From Candidatus Poribacteria bacterium (GTDB taxonomy: Bacteria > Poribacteria > WGA-4E > WGA-3G): a DNA stretch of 64,000 nt. The position numbers and the translations under genes were made by a program. The stretch lies in the NCBI GenBank assembly GCA_012271015.1, contig JAAXHD010000056.1:10115-74114 (forward strand). Reading direction: 5' to 3'. Of the stretch, positions 27,683 through 38,304 are shown piece by piece (position 1 is the first letter of the stretch; each line of letters opens with the position of its first letter). The notes under the pieces are model-generated. The model was not told the origin of the DNA. It did no database searches and saw only the letters and a program-made list of their open reading frames with translations.

Positions 27683-28698
27683 TCACCATATCCCAAGTGA
27701 TTCGGATCAATATAGCGTTGAGAAGCTTGAACAAGGGCAGCAATAGCTAATGGGTAAGGCATGGCAATCCGACATCCCGCTGCGCGAGCATGTCCTCCCC
27801 CTTGAAACTCTGCGGCAAGTTGACTAACGTCAACATTCCCTTGGCTCCGGAGACTCACTTTTGTACTTCGATCTGTCATCTCAGACGCACAGAGTGCCAC
27901 TTCGACACCCACTATTGCTTGAATCTGGTTGACAACCCCTTCCACAGCATCAGCAGTCGTTCCAGTTTTGCGAAACATCGCTTGTGTCGCATAGACCGAG
28001 GCTATCTTTCCATCATCTGTTGTTTGCAATGTGCTGAGGATTTTACTTAACAGATGTATCTTCGCAACAGGAACCTGTTCATAGACATTCCGATAGACTT
28101 CGTCTGCAGTGACCCCCGCGATCTCAATTAATTCTGCGGCGATTCGATGTATCTCGGCGGTAGTATTACTATGTCGAAAACAGCCGGTATCAAACATCAG
28201 TCCTGTATAGAGACAAAGCGCACATGCTTCGCATATTGGGAATTGATGGTGTTTAATGAGTTTGTAAACAATCTCTGAGGTGGAAGAGGCGGTAGGGACA
28301 ATGAGATTGATGTCGCCAAATGCCTCTGCTGTGGCGTGATGGTCAATATTAACGAGGCTATGTATAGGGTGTAAGGTGTTGGAAAGCCTTTTTCCAATGC
28401 GCTCCAGCGTACTTGCATCTAAAACAATCAACACCTCAGGACGATACGTCCCGACGGAATGCGCACCCTCAATACTATCCCAAAATGGGAGAAACCGATA
28501 GTTCGGGGGTACTATATCCGTGTTAAATATTTTAACAGATTTCCCGAGATTTGTGAGAAAGAGGTAAAGCCCCAACTCGGAACCGATTGCATCACCATCA
28601 GGATTAATATGCGTTGAAAGGGCGAAGTTATGGTATCGTTCAAATAGGGTTAGGAGTGCGCTGTAGTCTTGCGTATTAGCCATTTGTAGAGTGTTCAT
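27667..28698 (-). CDS. DHH/DHHA1 phosphoesterase (NrnA-like)
   Basis: HINPDGDAIGS, NIDHHAT, and GGGHARAAG at the C-terminus. The start was chosen at ATG 28698; the track ORF extends to 28761. Confidence 0.8.
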   Translation of the reverse strand: MNTLQMANTQDYSALLTLFERYHNFALSTHINPDGDAIGSELGLYLFLTNLGKSVKIFNTDIVPPNYRFLPFWDSIEGAHSVGTYRPEVLIVLDASTLERIGKRLSNTLHPIHSLVNIDHHATAEAFGDINLIVPTASSTSEIVYKLIKHHQFPICEACALCLYTGLMFDTGCFRHSNTTAEIHRIAAELIEIAGVTADEVYRNVYEQVPVAKIHLLSKILSTLQTTDDGKIASVYATQAMFRKTGTTADAVEGVVNQIQAIVGVEVALCASEMTDRSTKVSLRSQGNVDVSQLAAEFQGGGHARAAGCRIAMPYPLAIAALVQASQRYIDPNHLGYGDCQKD

Positions 28699-28717
28699 GA
28701 AGTTCCGCTGCGTGGTC

Positions 28718-29077
28718 TTATGTCGTTTCGTCGTCAGTCTCCACAGACTTGAGGAGCCCATCTATTTTGAAGAGATAGTCAGCAGATTCATCTATAGCGA
28801 ACCGAAGCTCTGGTGAATAGCGAAGCGTCAGGCGACTCCCGATCTCACGCCTAAGGAACCCTGCCGCACTCTTTAGACCTGCAAGCGTTTTGCTTTTCTG
28901 CTCCTCGTCGCCGATAACGCTCACTTTCACATCCACATATTTTAGATCCGGGGACACAGATGCCTGTGTGACAGTACAAAATGCGACGCGCGGATCCTTG
29001 ACAGAACGTTGGATAATCTCGCTTAATTCTCGCTGAATGAGCACTCCCACTCGATCTTGTCTTCTATTATCTACCAT
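28718..29077 (-). CDS. rbfA: Ribosome-binding factor A
   Basis: RVGVLIQRELSEIIQRSVKDPRV...VTQASVSPDLKYVDVKVSV. Confidence 0.9.
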   Translation of the reverse strand: MVDNRRQDRVGVLIQRELSEIIQRSVKDPRVAFCTVTQASVSPDLKYVDVKVSVIGDEEQKSKTLAGLKSAAGFLRREIGSRLTLRYSPELRFAIDESADYLFKIDGLLKSVETDDETT

Positions 29078-29120
29078 GTCAATTCTATCCCTTGCTGCAA
29101 GTTTTGGCTTGCGATCTTTA

Positions 29121-29426
29121 TCAAAAGAAAAATTCCGTTTCGTAATCTACTAATTCAGCATCTACATTCGTCTCAATAAAAGTAATGAGATGTGAGATAA
29201 TCTTATTCAGGTGTACAACATCGTTGGAAACTGAAACTGCAGCCAATATGGCGAACTGGTGTGCCTCCAACGCCTCAACTTCAGCAATAGCAACATTGAA
29301 GCGATTTTTGAGTCTCGCGGTGAGGCTTTTGATAACCCGGCGTTTCGCTTTCAGCGAATGACTTTCCGGAATTCGGAGACGGATTTTACAAACACCGATG
29401 TGCATGAAAGTGTCAATGTCGATCAA
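29121..29426 (-). CDS. DUF503 (YlxP-like) protein
   Basis: CKIRLRIPESHSLKAKRRVIKSLTARLKNRFNVAIAEV, in the conserved position after infB. Confidence 0.8.
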   Translation of the reverse strand: MIDIDTFMHIGVCKIRLRIPESHSLKAKRRVIKSLTARLKNRFNVAIAEVEALEAHQFAILAAVSVSNDVVHLNKIISHLITFIETNVDAELVDYETEFFF

Positions 29427-29489
29427 TTGTGGGTGCGATTGACAACCGCACCCCTTATGAAAATACGCTACTATACAAACAGGACTAAT

Positions 29490-31532
29490 TTACGAAAGTG
29501 AACGCGCTACCTGTTCGTAAACATAACATTCAAGGACATCACCAACCTTCAAATCATCAAACGTCTCAATTCCTATCCCACATTCGTAGTTCGCTTGCAC
29601 CTCATTGACATTATCCTTGAACCGGCGAAGCGAATTGACTTTGCCTTCGTGAATCAATCGATTGTCACGCAGGATACGAAGCGGTTGATTGAAGGAAATT
29701 CGTCCCCAATTGACGTAACTACCGGCAACCAAACCGAGGCGCGGCACTCTAAATAATTCACGGACCTCAGCACGTCCGATAACGACTTCTCGTACTTCAG
29801 GATCAAGCAAGCCTTCCATAGCCGAACGGATATAGGAGATGAGATTATAAATGACGTTGTAAGTCCGCACATCAATCCCCTCAGTCTCTTTAGCCTGTAC
29901 CGCCTCCGTCGTAGGATGCACGTTGAAGCCGACGACAATTGCGTCAGAAGCAGAAGCGAGCAAAATGTCCGTCTCGGTAATCCCTCCGACGGCTTGATGA
30001 ATAATATTGATCTTAACCTCATCGGTACTCAACTCGAGCAGTGATGAAGCGACGGCTTGTACGGAACCCTGCACATCGCCTTTAAGAACAACGTTCAATT
30101 CTTTAATCTCGCCTTCCTGAATTTGTTGGAACAAGTTATCCAAACTGACGTGGCTATTTGACCCGAGTTTTTCATTGCGATACTGGTCTTGACGGGTTTC
30201 ACTGATAGCACGTGCGTCCTTATCAGACTCAACGACATAGAATCTGTCGCCTGCCTCCGGTACGCCGGTAAAACCGAGCACCTCAACAGGGCATGAAGGT
30301 CCAGTTTCCTTCATCCGTTTTCCGAAATCGTCCATCATTGCTCTAACTCTTCCGGAGTACCTACCTGAAACAAACACATCACCTACCCTCAATGTTCCAG
30401 ATTGTACGAGCACGGTTGCGATCGCCCCTCGACCTTTGTCAACCTCTGCTTCAATAACAACACCACGTGCTGGCTTATTTGGGTTCGCCTTGAGTTCCAG
30501 CAGAGCCGCTTCCAACAGAAGCATTTCAAGCAAAAAGTCAATCCCCGTTCCATCTATAGCCGAAGTCTCAACACAAATCGTTTGTCCACCCCAGTCCTCT
30601 GGCAGAAGTTCCTGTTCTGCCAATTGTTGTTTGACGTAGTCGGAGCGCGCTCCGGGCACATCTATTTTGTTAATGGCGACCACAATCGGAACCTTCGCAG
30701 CCTTTGCATGACTGATCGCCTCAATTGTCTGAGGCATGACTCCATCGTCAGCCGCGACAATGAGAACGACAATATCGGTTACTTGTGCGCCACGAGCTCG
30801 CATCGCCGTAAAGGCGGCATGCCCCGGCGTATCTAAAAAAACGATGCTTCCACCTTTTAATTTTACGTGATACGCTCCAATATGTTGTGTTATGTTACCT
30901 GCTTCAGATTCACTGATATTTGATTGACGAATAGAGTCCAAAAGAGATGTTTTGCCATGGTCCACATGTCCCATAATTGTAACGACCGGAGCTCGAGGTT
31001 GTAAAGATTCTGGGTCATCCGGTATCTCGGTCAACAATTCTTCTTCAAGTGTTCTCGACCGAACCGGTTCAAAATTCAAGTGCTCTCCAAGCATCACAAG
31101 CGTATTGTAATCAAGCCGCTGATTTATACTCGCCATCACCCTTAACTTCATGAGCCGCATAATCAACGCTGAAGGTTGCAACTCCAATGATGTTGCGAGG
31201 TCAGCGACAGTTGTGCCTTCCTCAACCTGCAAACCACCGTTTGTGTCAATTGCTTCCGACTCCGAAGTGTTTTCAACCCCCTCTTCGGACGCATCCTCGG
31301 TTTTATCAACCGGTTCGTCAGCCAATTCTGATTCAATAAGCGCGACGGTGTCCGGATCGAGGCTACTCATCCCGTTTTTAACGCGAACTCCATGCTCCTC
31401 AAGTAGAGCGATAAGTTCCTTATTTGTTAGGTTGTATTCTTTCGCCAATTCATAAACCCGCATACCAGAGTCTTGACTTTCCTCTTGACTATCTTTGGCA
31501 GATTTCCGCCGCTGTCGTTGGGCTTTGCTCAT
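29490..31532 (-). CDS. infB: Translation initiation factor IF-2
   Basis: GTPase motifs [14 protein letters not shown] and NKID, plus the C-terminal IF-2 domains. Confidence 0.95.
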   Translation of the reverse strand: MSKAQRQRRKSAKDSQEESQDSGMRVYELAKEYNLTNKELIALLEEHGVRVKNGMSSLDPDTVALIESELADEPVDKTEDASEEGVENTSESEAIDTNGGLQVEEGTTVADLATSLELQPSALIMRLMKLRVMASINQRLDYNTLVMLGEHLNFEPVRSRTLEEELLTEIPDDPESLQPRAPVVTIMGHVDHGKTSLLDSIRQSNISESEAGNITQHIGAYHVKLKGGSIVFLDTPGHAAFTAMRARGAQVTDIVVLIVAADDGVMPQTIEAISHAKAAKVPIVVAINKIDVPGARSDYVKQQLAEQELLPEDWGGQTICVETSAIDGTGIDFLLEMLLLEAALLELKANPNKPARGVVIEAEVDKGRGAIATVLVQSGTLRVGDVFVSGRYSGRVRAMMDDFGKRMKETGPSCPVEVLGFTGVPEAGDRFYVVESDKDARAISETRQDQYRNEKLGSNSHVSLDNLFQQIQEGEIKELNVVLKGDVQGSVQAVASSLLELSTDEVKINIIHQAVGGITETDILLASASDAIVVGFNVHPTTEAVQAKETEGIDVRTYNVIYNLISYIRSAMEGLLDPEVREVVIGRAEVRELFRVPRLGLVAGSYVNWGRISFNQPLRILRDNRLIHEGKVNSLRRFKDNVNEVQANYECGIGIETFDDLKVGDVLECYVYEQVARSLS

Positions 31533-31548
31533 AGGACTTTCTCCTTTT

Positions 31549-31842
31549 TTATTTTACGCTCGTGGACTTTTGGGTCCTCTGAAGAAGCATCTGTTCAAAT
31601 TGTGTTATATTCTCACTTGCCAGTTGTACACGTAATAAAGAATTAATCCGTTTGGGAAACTTAAACGCTTTCCGAATGCAGTCTTGAGAGGGACAAACGT
31701 AAGCCCCGCGCCCGCCTAACTTCTTGTGACAGTCGATTTTCAGTTTTCCGCCGTCCTGACATACGAACCGAATCAACACTTTCTTCGGTAACTTCCCACG
31801 ACACCCAATACAAGTGCGAATAACATCTCTCAATGACTCCAC
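31549..31842 (-). CDS. ylxR: YlxR/DUF448 RNA-binding protein
   Basis: RTCIGCRGKLPKKVLIRFV...GRGAYVC, located between nusA and infB. Confidence 0.85.
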   Translation of the reverse strand: MESLRDVIRTCIGCRGKLPKKVLIRFVCQDGGKLKIDCHKKLGGRGAYVCPSQDCIRKAFKFPKRINSLLRVQLASENITQFEQMLLQRTQKSTSVK

Positions 31843-31866
31843 CTACTTTTAGACTCAGTATCAAAA

Positions 31867-33165
31867 TCACCCACGCTCAGGAGTGGCAGATGTGTCCGCC
31901 TCCATCTCCTCGTCTGAAGTCTCCACCACCTCAGCCTCAACAGCATCCGCGTCTGCGTCTATTTCAACGCCCTCCGCCAAATCAACTACTTGTTCAACTT
32001 CCGTTGAATCCGACGCATCAACAGTTTCCTGTTCTTGCGGACTTTGGTCAGGACTTTCTTCTTCGCTGTGCGAGGTTTGCGCATCTGTATTATCAGAATC
32101 TTCCGGTTTAAAGAGTTCATCCATCGAAACGCTTGCCTCAGATTCACCCTTTATGTCAACTTTCCAACCCGTCAATTTGGCAGCCAGTCGCGCATTCTGA
32201 CCCCGCTGTCCAATTGCTAAAGAGAGTTGATCGTCAGGAACAATCACAAGAGCACTCTGATCTTCCTCATTCAGCTCAACCCTACGCACACCGACTCGCG
32301 CACCCAGAGCATTCGCAATAAAGACGCTGGGATCCTCACTCCATTCCAGTAAATCTATCTTCTCATCATCAAGTTCACCGACAACCGTCTGGACACGGAT
32401 CCCTTTGACACCAACACATGTCCCTACGGCATCTATACCTTCTTCTGTCGCTCTGACCGCTACCTTCGCTCGATTCCCAGGATCTCGGGCAACTGCCATA
32501 ATCTGCACTTGACCCTCATAAATCTCAGGTACTTCGTGCTCAAATAACATCGCTACCAGATCCCGATGCGTCCGAGATACAATAATAGGAGCACCACGCA
32601 TCTCATTCTTTACCGACAGAATTAGACACTGCAAACGTTTACCACGTTCATAGTTGTGTGAACGCGGCAACTCGCGGGGTGGTAAAAACGCTTCCGTCTG
32701 CTCAAGATCCAAGATGATACCACCACGTTCAAAACGTTGAACATACCCCGTGACGACCTCACCCTCGCGTCCCTCAAACTCTTGATAAATCTTCTCTCGT
32801 TCCGCCTGCTTAATCTTTTGGAAAAGGATTTGCTTCGCCAACTGTGCAGGAATCCGTCCAAACTCATTGGGATTGATTTCAACGTCCAGCATCTCCCCAA
32901 CCTCAATGTCCTCTTGGAGCTGCACAGCTTGCTCTATCGGAATCTCTGTTGAGAAATCACGCATAATATTGACCACTTTTTTCGGGACATAGCAGCGTAT
33001 ATCCCCTGCTTCCAAGTTAATCTCAACAGAAACATTGGCATCAGCACCGTACACTCGGCGTGCAGCAGCACGTAGTGCCTCCTCTATCGCCTCAATGAAA
33101 ACCTCTTCAGGTAAATCCGTCTGTGCCGTATTCTGCCGTATAGCGTTTTGGAGATTCTCTAACAT
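31867..33165 (-). CDS. nusA: Transcription termination/antitermination factor NusA (acidic C-terminal tail)
   Basis: S1 and two KH domains (GVKGIRVQ, AIGQRGQNARLAAKLTGWKVDI). About 85 acidic residues at the C-terminus. Confidence 0.93.
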   Translation of the reverse strand: MLENLQNAIRQNTAQTDLPEEVFIEAIEEALRAAARRVYGADANVSVEINLEAGDIRCYVPKKVVNIMRDFSTEIPIEQAVQLQEDIEVGEMLDVEINPNEFGRIPAQLAKQILFQKIKQAEREKIYQEFEGREGEVVTGYVQRFERGGIILDLEQTEAFLPPRELPRSHNYERGKRLQCLILSVKNEMRGAPIIVSRTHRDLVAMLFEHEVPEIYEGQVQIMAVARDPGNRAKVAVRATEEGIDAVGTCVGVKGIRVQTVVGELDDEKIDLLEWSEDPSVFIANALGARVGVRRVELNEEDQSALVIVPDDQLSLAIGQRGQNARLAAKLTGWKVDIKGESEASVSMDELFKPEDSDNTDAQTSHSEEESPDQSPQEQETVDASDSTEVEQVVDLAEGVEIDADADAVEAEVVETSDEEMEADTSATPERG

Positions 33166-33281
33166 AATAATCGTCAGCGGTTTTTTATTATACAGGTTGG
33201 CAAGTGTTCCCCTGTATCAACAGTCCGCGTGCTCCTTTCCATATTTTTATATTTACAACGTGCGTCTTTGGCTCTTATTCG

Positions 33282-33731
33282 CTACCATCTCAAATGTATA
33301 TGGGCATTGAGAATTTGCGATATTTTAATGGAGATATCCTTTCCATCAGACTGTGCTAAGACGACTTCTTCAGGACGCACCTCTACGACGGTGCCTTGTA
33401 CTTGACGCTCGTGTTCATTTTCTGAGACGATTTCTATCTGAACGGTCCGTCCGCAATTCCGCTGAAAATCCTTAGCAGTTCGCAAGGGTCTGTCTATGCC
33501 GGGGGAAGCCACTTCCAATTGAGCATAGTTTGCTAAGTGCTCATGAACTTCTAAAATCGGACGTACGACTTGGTTCACCGCTTGACAATCTGCCACCGAA
33601 AGTCCATCTGGTTTATGAATGAGGAGCCGCAGCGTTTTTGAATGTGTTTCCACATCCACAAGCTCAATACCATCACTATCAAGCATCGGTGCTAACATCT
33701 CAATAATTGAGTTTTTCTCGTCTGCTGTCAT
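33282..33731 (-). CDS. rimP: Ribosome maturation factor RimP
   Basis: GIELVDVE...LRLLIHKPDGLSVADC...LEVASPGIDRPL. ATG 33731 is preferred over the track start at 33767. Confidence 0.85.
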   Translation of the reverse strand: MTADEKNSIIEMLAPMLDSDGIELVDVETHSKTLRLLIHKPDGLSVADCQAVNQVVRPILEVHEHLANYAQLEVASPGIDRPLRTAKDFQRNCGRTVQIEIVSENEHERQVQGTVVEVRPEEVVLAQSDGKDISIKISQILNAHIHLRW

Positions 33732-33880
33732 ACCTAAATATAAAATAAAAAAACGCGATACTCCCAATCGTAGAGGTTCTTCGCGGTTTCTATGATGTCG
33801 CAGTACACAGTTGAAAAGAACAGATAAATTAAGGACGAAAGATCTTTTAAATTCTAAAGACTGTGTTTTACGACCCTACC

Positions 33881-33902
33881 GATGCCGAAGCAACGGGGTA
33901 TC
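33881..33902 (+). repeat. Degenerate AACAACGG-loop hairpin
   Basis: GATGCC-GAAGCAACGG-GGTATC (one G-T pair, loop one mismatch from the others), upstream of rimP. Confidence 0.4.
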
Positions 33903-34146
33903 AATTCTCGCCCATCCACCTCTATTGTTACATAATACCCGTTTTCCTTTTTTCAGTCAAGCCAATTATCAGTAATCCTAACCCTGAGGATCAAAGGCTA
34001 ATGCGTTTCAAAAACCTGTCGCTAAAAGCAAGTTTCGTAAAGATTATGACATAATTGTATCATATTCAGTGCTATAAGTCAAATTAAAATCCAAGCTACC
34101 CACGCCTGTTGATGGCGGCAAAAGAAATTTTTATTCCTACGATTAA

Positions 34147-34785
34147 GTGTGCTATACTATCCTTATGAGTATGTTTCGCGAACACTGGATCGGCGGGTTA
34201 GTCGCTTATAGTACCTTCTTCACCATTTCGCTTGTCGTTACCTTCGTCGTTCCACTTCTTTATAATACTGTGCCACAGGGGTGGAATCCAACTATTCCAC
34301 CGGTGACAGACATTGTAAAAATCGTCGGTTGTTTCGCTGTCGCAGTCCTCTTCGGATTGTGGCCAGACGTTGATATTAAGAGCAAGAGTCAGAAAATATT
34401 TTATACCGTACTCTTTGCGCTGAATGTAGTGCTAATCGTTTTTTTGCAAAAGTATCTGGAATCCGCGCTGCTCGGTCTATTCGCAATGCTTCCAATCATG
34501 AGCAAACACCGTGGATGGACACACGCCAAAATTACGATGATTTTAATCCCCAGTGTGTTCCTGTTCATTCCGATCTATGCGGCATATTCAGACTGGGAAA
34601 CATCTGGCACCCTCGTAGACTCACTCAGTGCTTTACGAGAATGGGAAGGACTTACGGATGCCGTCCGCAGCGGTTTCCCGTTCTATGTGGCAAGTTTTAT
34701 CGGCTACGCAACACATCTCCATTTGGATGGGATCTTATTTCGCTCCCGGAAAGCACAACGACAGAAGGCACGAGCCAACCCATGA
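34147..34785 (+). CDS. Membrane-bound metal-dependent hydrolase, DUF457/YdjM-like
   Basis: Polytopic protein with LWPDVDIKSK, KHRGWTHA and THLHLDG motifs. The start is GTG 34147, or ATG 34165/34171. Confidence 0.55.
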   Translation: MCYTILMSMFREHWIGGLVAYSTFFTISLVVTFVVPLLYNTVPQGWNPTIPPVTDIVKIVGCFAVAVLFGLWPDVDIKSKSQKIFYTVLFALNVVLIVFLQKYLESALLGLFAMLPIMSKHRGWTHAKITMILIPSVFLFIPIYAAYSDWETSGTLVDSLSALREWEGLTDAVRSGFPFYVASFIGYATHLHLDGILFRSRKAQRQKARANP

Positions 34786-36113
34786 AAATAGCAACACAGA
34801 TACTCCAAGAACCATTTGACCACCCGACTATGCAGGCACTCACCATTTTCGCAAAAGAGCGAGGTGCACAACTTTATCTCGTCGGAGGGAGCGTGAGAGA
34901 TTTGTTGCTTGGCCGTCAGACGACAGATATTGATTTTACGTTGGCTTCCGATGCAATCCAGTTTGCTAAAGCGTTTGCGATCGACATCGGAGCAGTTGCC
35001 ATCGCCTTAGAGGAAAACCCACCCACAGCTCGCGTGATTGTTAAGCAGGATGACATTTCTCGTACCCCTCAGATCAGCATGGATTTCACACAATTCCGAG
35101 CCACATCGCTCACCGACGACTTACGTCTACGGGACCTGACGATTAATGCCATGGCAATCGCCTTTGAAAATGCACAGACATTTACAAATAGGTCGCACGA
35201 ACATCATCTCTCCCGGGTAATTGATCCGTGCGGTGGCATGAAAGACTTGGAAACAGGCCTGCTTCGATTCCCGAGCAAGCAAGTTGTGATAGCAGATCCG
35301 TTACGTCTTTTACGGATTTACAGATTCGCAGCGCAGTTAGACTTCCATATCTCCCAGAATGCAATCGATCTGGTGACAGCGTACAGGTCGATGCTGCCTA
35401 ATGTAGCGGCGGAACGATGCCGGGACGAATTGATGAAAATTTTTTACGTTAAGAAAGCCTATCCATATTTACAACAAATGGATGCAACAGGACTCCTCAC
35501 ACAGGTCGTACCGATCAGAAAGGGTGCCCGCCAAACTTGGATTTCACTTGAGACCTTCGAGGAAAGCCCAATCCCTGCGGACCTCGATGCTTATCGCAAG
35601 AAAATTAATCACTATCTCCAAGAGGAACTCAGCGTAGAAATCAATAGGCGTTCACTCATCAAATTGTGCCTACTCTTGGGAGATAATTTGGATGGTATCG
35701 GCGAACGTCTTCGGTTCAGCCGAAAAGTGGTGCAGTTTATGGAATGTCTCATCTCTGGAAGCAAGAAACTTAGAAACATCATCCCACAATTGACACAGAA
35801 ACAGATAAATCGCTTCCTTAGAACTTATGCGTCCGATTGGTGGGGTATTCTTCTGTATTCCGCAGCGTCATCTCCGATTGATTCGGCGATTCTAAAACAG
35901 ATCGCTGATACTTATTATGAACACATGCTGCCAATCTACAAGCAGGGGAGACTGATCACGGGGAACGATCTGATTCAGGAATTTCACTTGAAAGAAGGGG
36001 AGCAAGTTGGAGATTTGTTAAAAGAGATTGAGGACCGTCAATTTGACGGTGAAATCCGAACCCGTAAAGAAGCATTTGCTGCTGTAGCGGCGTTAATTCA
36101 GAAGCACCCGTGA
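34782..36113 (+). CDS. CCA-adding enzyme / poly(A) polymerase family nucleotidyltransferase
   Basis: LYLVGGSVRDLLLGRQTTDIDF...RDLTINAMA. ATG 34782 overlaps the upstream stop as ATGA. The track ORF's 89-codon upstream extension overlaps the DUF457 gene. Confidence 0.85.
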   Translation: MKIATQILQEPFDHPTMQALTIFAKERGAQLYLVGGSVRDLLLGRQTTDIDFTLASDAIQFAKAFAIDIGAVAIALEENPPTARVIVKQDDISRTPQISMDFTQFRATSLTDDLRLRDLTINAMAIAFENAQTFTNRSHEHHLSRVIDPCGGMKDLETGLLRFPSKQVVIADPLRLLRIYRFAAQLDFHISQNAIDLVTAYRSMLPNVAAERCRDELMKIFYVKKAYPYLQQMDATGLLTQVVPIRKGARQTWISLETFEESPIPADLDAYRKKINHYLQEELSVEINRRSLIKLCLLLGDNLDGIGERLRFSRKVVQFMECLISGSKKLRNIIPQLTQKQINRFLRTYASDWWGILLYSAASSPIDSAILKQIADTYYEHMLPIYKQGRLITGNDLIQEFHLKEGEQVGDLLKEIEDRQFDGEIRTRKEAFAAVAALIQKHP

Positions 36114-36140
36114 CGCACCCGCTCCACCGGTATCCCTTAG

Positions 36141-36869
36141 CTACAATTTCGTCTGATATTTTCGTAGCAATCTCGGAATCAGGGACAGCAAGAGCATAAG
36201 CACACCAGCTATTCCAAGATAAAGCAGCGTCTTCCAAATATTTCCCTCACCACTCACAAACGCCCCACCGAGCTGGACAAATACTGCCGTTCCCGGCAAC
36301 ATAAAGATAGCAGAGACCAGTACATAAGTGGAGAACCGAATACTCGTTAGCCCATAGGCATAGTTTTGAAGGTTAAATGGGAAAATCGGGACCAAGCGCG
36401 TAAACATCAAGATACGCCATCCCTGTTCTTCCACCTGCTCATCTATTTTACGGAAGTGTGCATTGTCTTTGACCCAACCTTCAACGAGGTCACGGGCAAC
36501 ATATCGGGCAATCAGAAAAGCTACGGAGACAGAGATAATAGAAGCTACGGACGCGTAAAAGACACCCCACAAGGGTCCGAAGACGAAACCCGCTAATACA
36601 GTCACCGGGGAACCGGGAAGGAAAAAGACAGTGGATACCAGATAAAGTCCAATGTAAATCAAGGGAGCTATTTTCCCGAAACTCGCCACCCATGTTTTGA
36701 TTTTCGGTACGTTCTCTAAGCGAATTTCGTCTGTCACGCCGTAGGACCTCAACACGAGATACACCGCCGCAACGACTCCAACAGTAATAAAAATTTTAAT
36801 TATCCTCTTTTTCATATCTTGTGGAAACTGCCTCCAAATAGGATTTAATCTGTGTCTGATATCGGACAA
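36141..36869 (-). CDS. TVP38/TMEM64 (DedA-related) membrane protein
   Basis: YLVSTVFFLPGSPVTVLAGFVFGPLWG and RLVPIFPFNLQNYAYG. Confidence 0.75.
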   Translation of the reverse strand: MSDIRHRLNPIWRQFPQDMKKRIIKIFITVGVVAAVYLVLRSYGVTDEIRLENVPKIKTWVASFGKIAPLIYIGLYLVSTVFFLPGSPVTVLAGFVFGPLWGVFYASVASIISVSVAFLIARYVARDLVEGWVKDNAHFRKIDEQVEEQGWRILMFTRLVPIFPFNLQNYAYGLTSIRFSTYVLVSAIFMLPGTAVFVQLGGAFVSGEGNIWKTLLYLGIAGVLMLLLSLIPRLLRKYQTKL

Positions 36870-38304
36870 GAATACGGTTATTTTCTATTGCCTCAGCATA
36901 CGCACGCGACGCATTGAGGACTACATCGGCAAAGGGTAAATAGGCAGGAGCCTCGTCGGTAACCTCACCCGTAAAGACGCGAGAGAAACCTTCAGCATCA
37001 CCAGATGCACCTGCTGTAAGCGTCAACCGTTCTCCATTCCCCTGTGCGACTGGTGTCTCCTCACCCATCAGTGGCGTTGTAGAATCTGCATTGTCTGCTC
37101 CGCTTTCCATTCCGTTTGACCGGGCTGTCTGTGATTCTGAGGATGGATCGGAATTCGACGCACCTTCACGAGTTCCTTGTACCTCGCTACTCCCGGCATC
37201 TTGTCCAGGGGCACCATCGCTATTCGCGACTCCACCACCTGGAGATTCAGTTTCAATAGTTGCCAATGCCAACTCCTTCTGACTTGCCGTGAGTTGTGCG
37301 TCCAGATGTGCGAGGTCTGTTGACTTTTCCATCTCCTCAAGCGCAGTGATGATGTCTTGCAACGTTTCCGCAGGGACCGCCTTGCCCTGAATCTGATTCA
37401 GTGAATCACTGAGCGCGCCCTTCGGCAGATTCTCAGCCAAACGTTCAAAGAGTTCCATCAGTTCTATTTGGAGCACCGGTGGTATATCAGTCTGCTCAGT
37501 GAGGTCTTTTAGTTCTGCAGCGAGTTGGTTGGCATCCATACCACGAAAACTTTGACTCGCTTCCGTGGCTTCGGTAATAGTAGTTTGCACCGATTGCTGC
37601 TTGCGAACCTCTTTCTTTAAGTTGCTGATATGTTTTTGTGCCGTATTGAGATCTGGTACGGTTTTCAACTTTTTTACAGTGTCAGTCATCTGACGCTTTA
37701 ATGCCGAATCCTCAACCTGTTCTCCCTCAAGATTATGAATTGCTCCATCTAACGCTTGCCGCTGTGAATCAGTCAGTGGCTGCGGTACTTCATAAAGGGG
37801 TGAAACAGCGAAAGAAAACCCTATCAGCAACACAGGAATCGGAAACAGTTTCAGGAACTTTGGCGGACGATACGGGCTTATTTTTTCAATGTCTAAGGTT
37901 GTAGCAGTCTCTACCGCATCTTGAATCTGGAGTTGAGCGAACTCACTTCGGGGATCGTGTTGCACCAACCCAAGTGCCGTACTGAGACGTTCGCTGAGTC
38001 CCATCTTTTCGTCAACAACTCGCGCGACAAAGTTTAAGCCCTTACGATATTTCAAACTGAGGCAGATACCTACAATCGCTGCAATAGACATGACAAGCCA
38101 ACTGATCTTTGATACAGGCATCGGTAGAAGAATCACTCGATTCAGAAGGCACAGAATACCGAGCAGGATAAGTCCACAGAACAATGTAAGCGTGATTGCC
38201 TCAAAGAGGGACTGTCGATACATCCTATCACGAATATCGGTTAGACGATTTTTGATGAGTTGCGCATGCAATCCTACAACTCGGTCGCGTTCAGAATTTA
38301 CCAT
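36796..38304 (-). CDS. Hypothetical membrane-anchored coiled-coil protein
   Basis: Two or three N-terminal TM helices, a long Q/E/L-rich region, a low-complexity G/S/D segment, and a C-terminal RILVRYQTQIKSYLEAV. No family assigned. Confidence 0.5.
   Translation of the reverse strand: MVNSERDRVVGLHAQLIKNRLTDIRDRMYRQSLFEAITLTLFCGLILLGILCLLNRVILLPMPVSKISWLVMSIAAIVGICLSLKYRKGLNFVARVVDEKMGLSERLSTALGLVQHDPRSEFAQLQIQDAVETATTLDIEKISPYRPPKFLKLFPIPVLLIGFSFAVSPLYEVPQPLTDSQRQALDGAIHNLEGEQVEDSALKRQMTDTVKKLKTVPDLNTAQKHISNLKKEVRKQQSVQTTITEATEASQSFRGMDANQLAAELKDLTEQTDIPPVLQIELMELFERLAENLPKGALSDSLNQIQGKAVPAETLQDIITALEEMEKSTDLAHLDAQLTASQKELALATIETESPGGGVANSDGAPGQDAGSSEVQGTREGASNSDPSSESQTARSNGMESGADNADSTTPLMGEETPVAQGNGERLTLTAGASGDAEGFSRVFTGEVTDEAPAYLPFADVVLNASRAYAEAIENNRILVRYQTQIKSYLEAVSTRYEKEDN

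Noticed and set aside
34515-34781. 89-codon N-terminal extension of the CCA-enzyme ORF
   Set aside because: It overlaps the DUF457 gene in another frame. ATG 34782 gives a normal N-terminus and a 4-nt ATGA overlap with the upstream stop.
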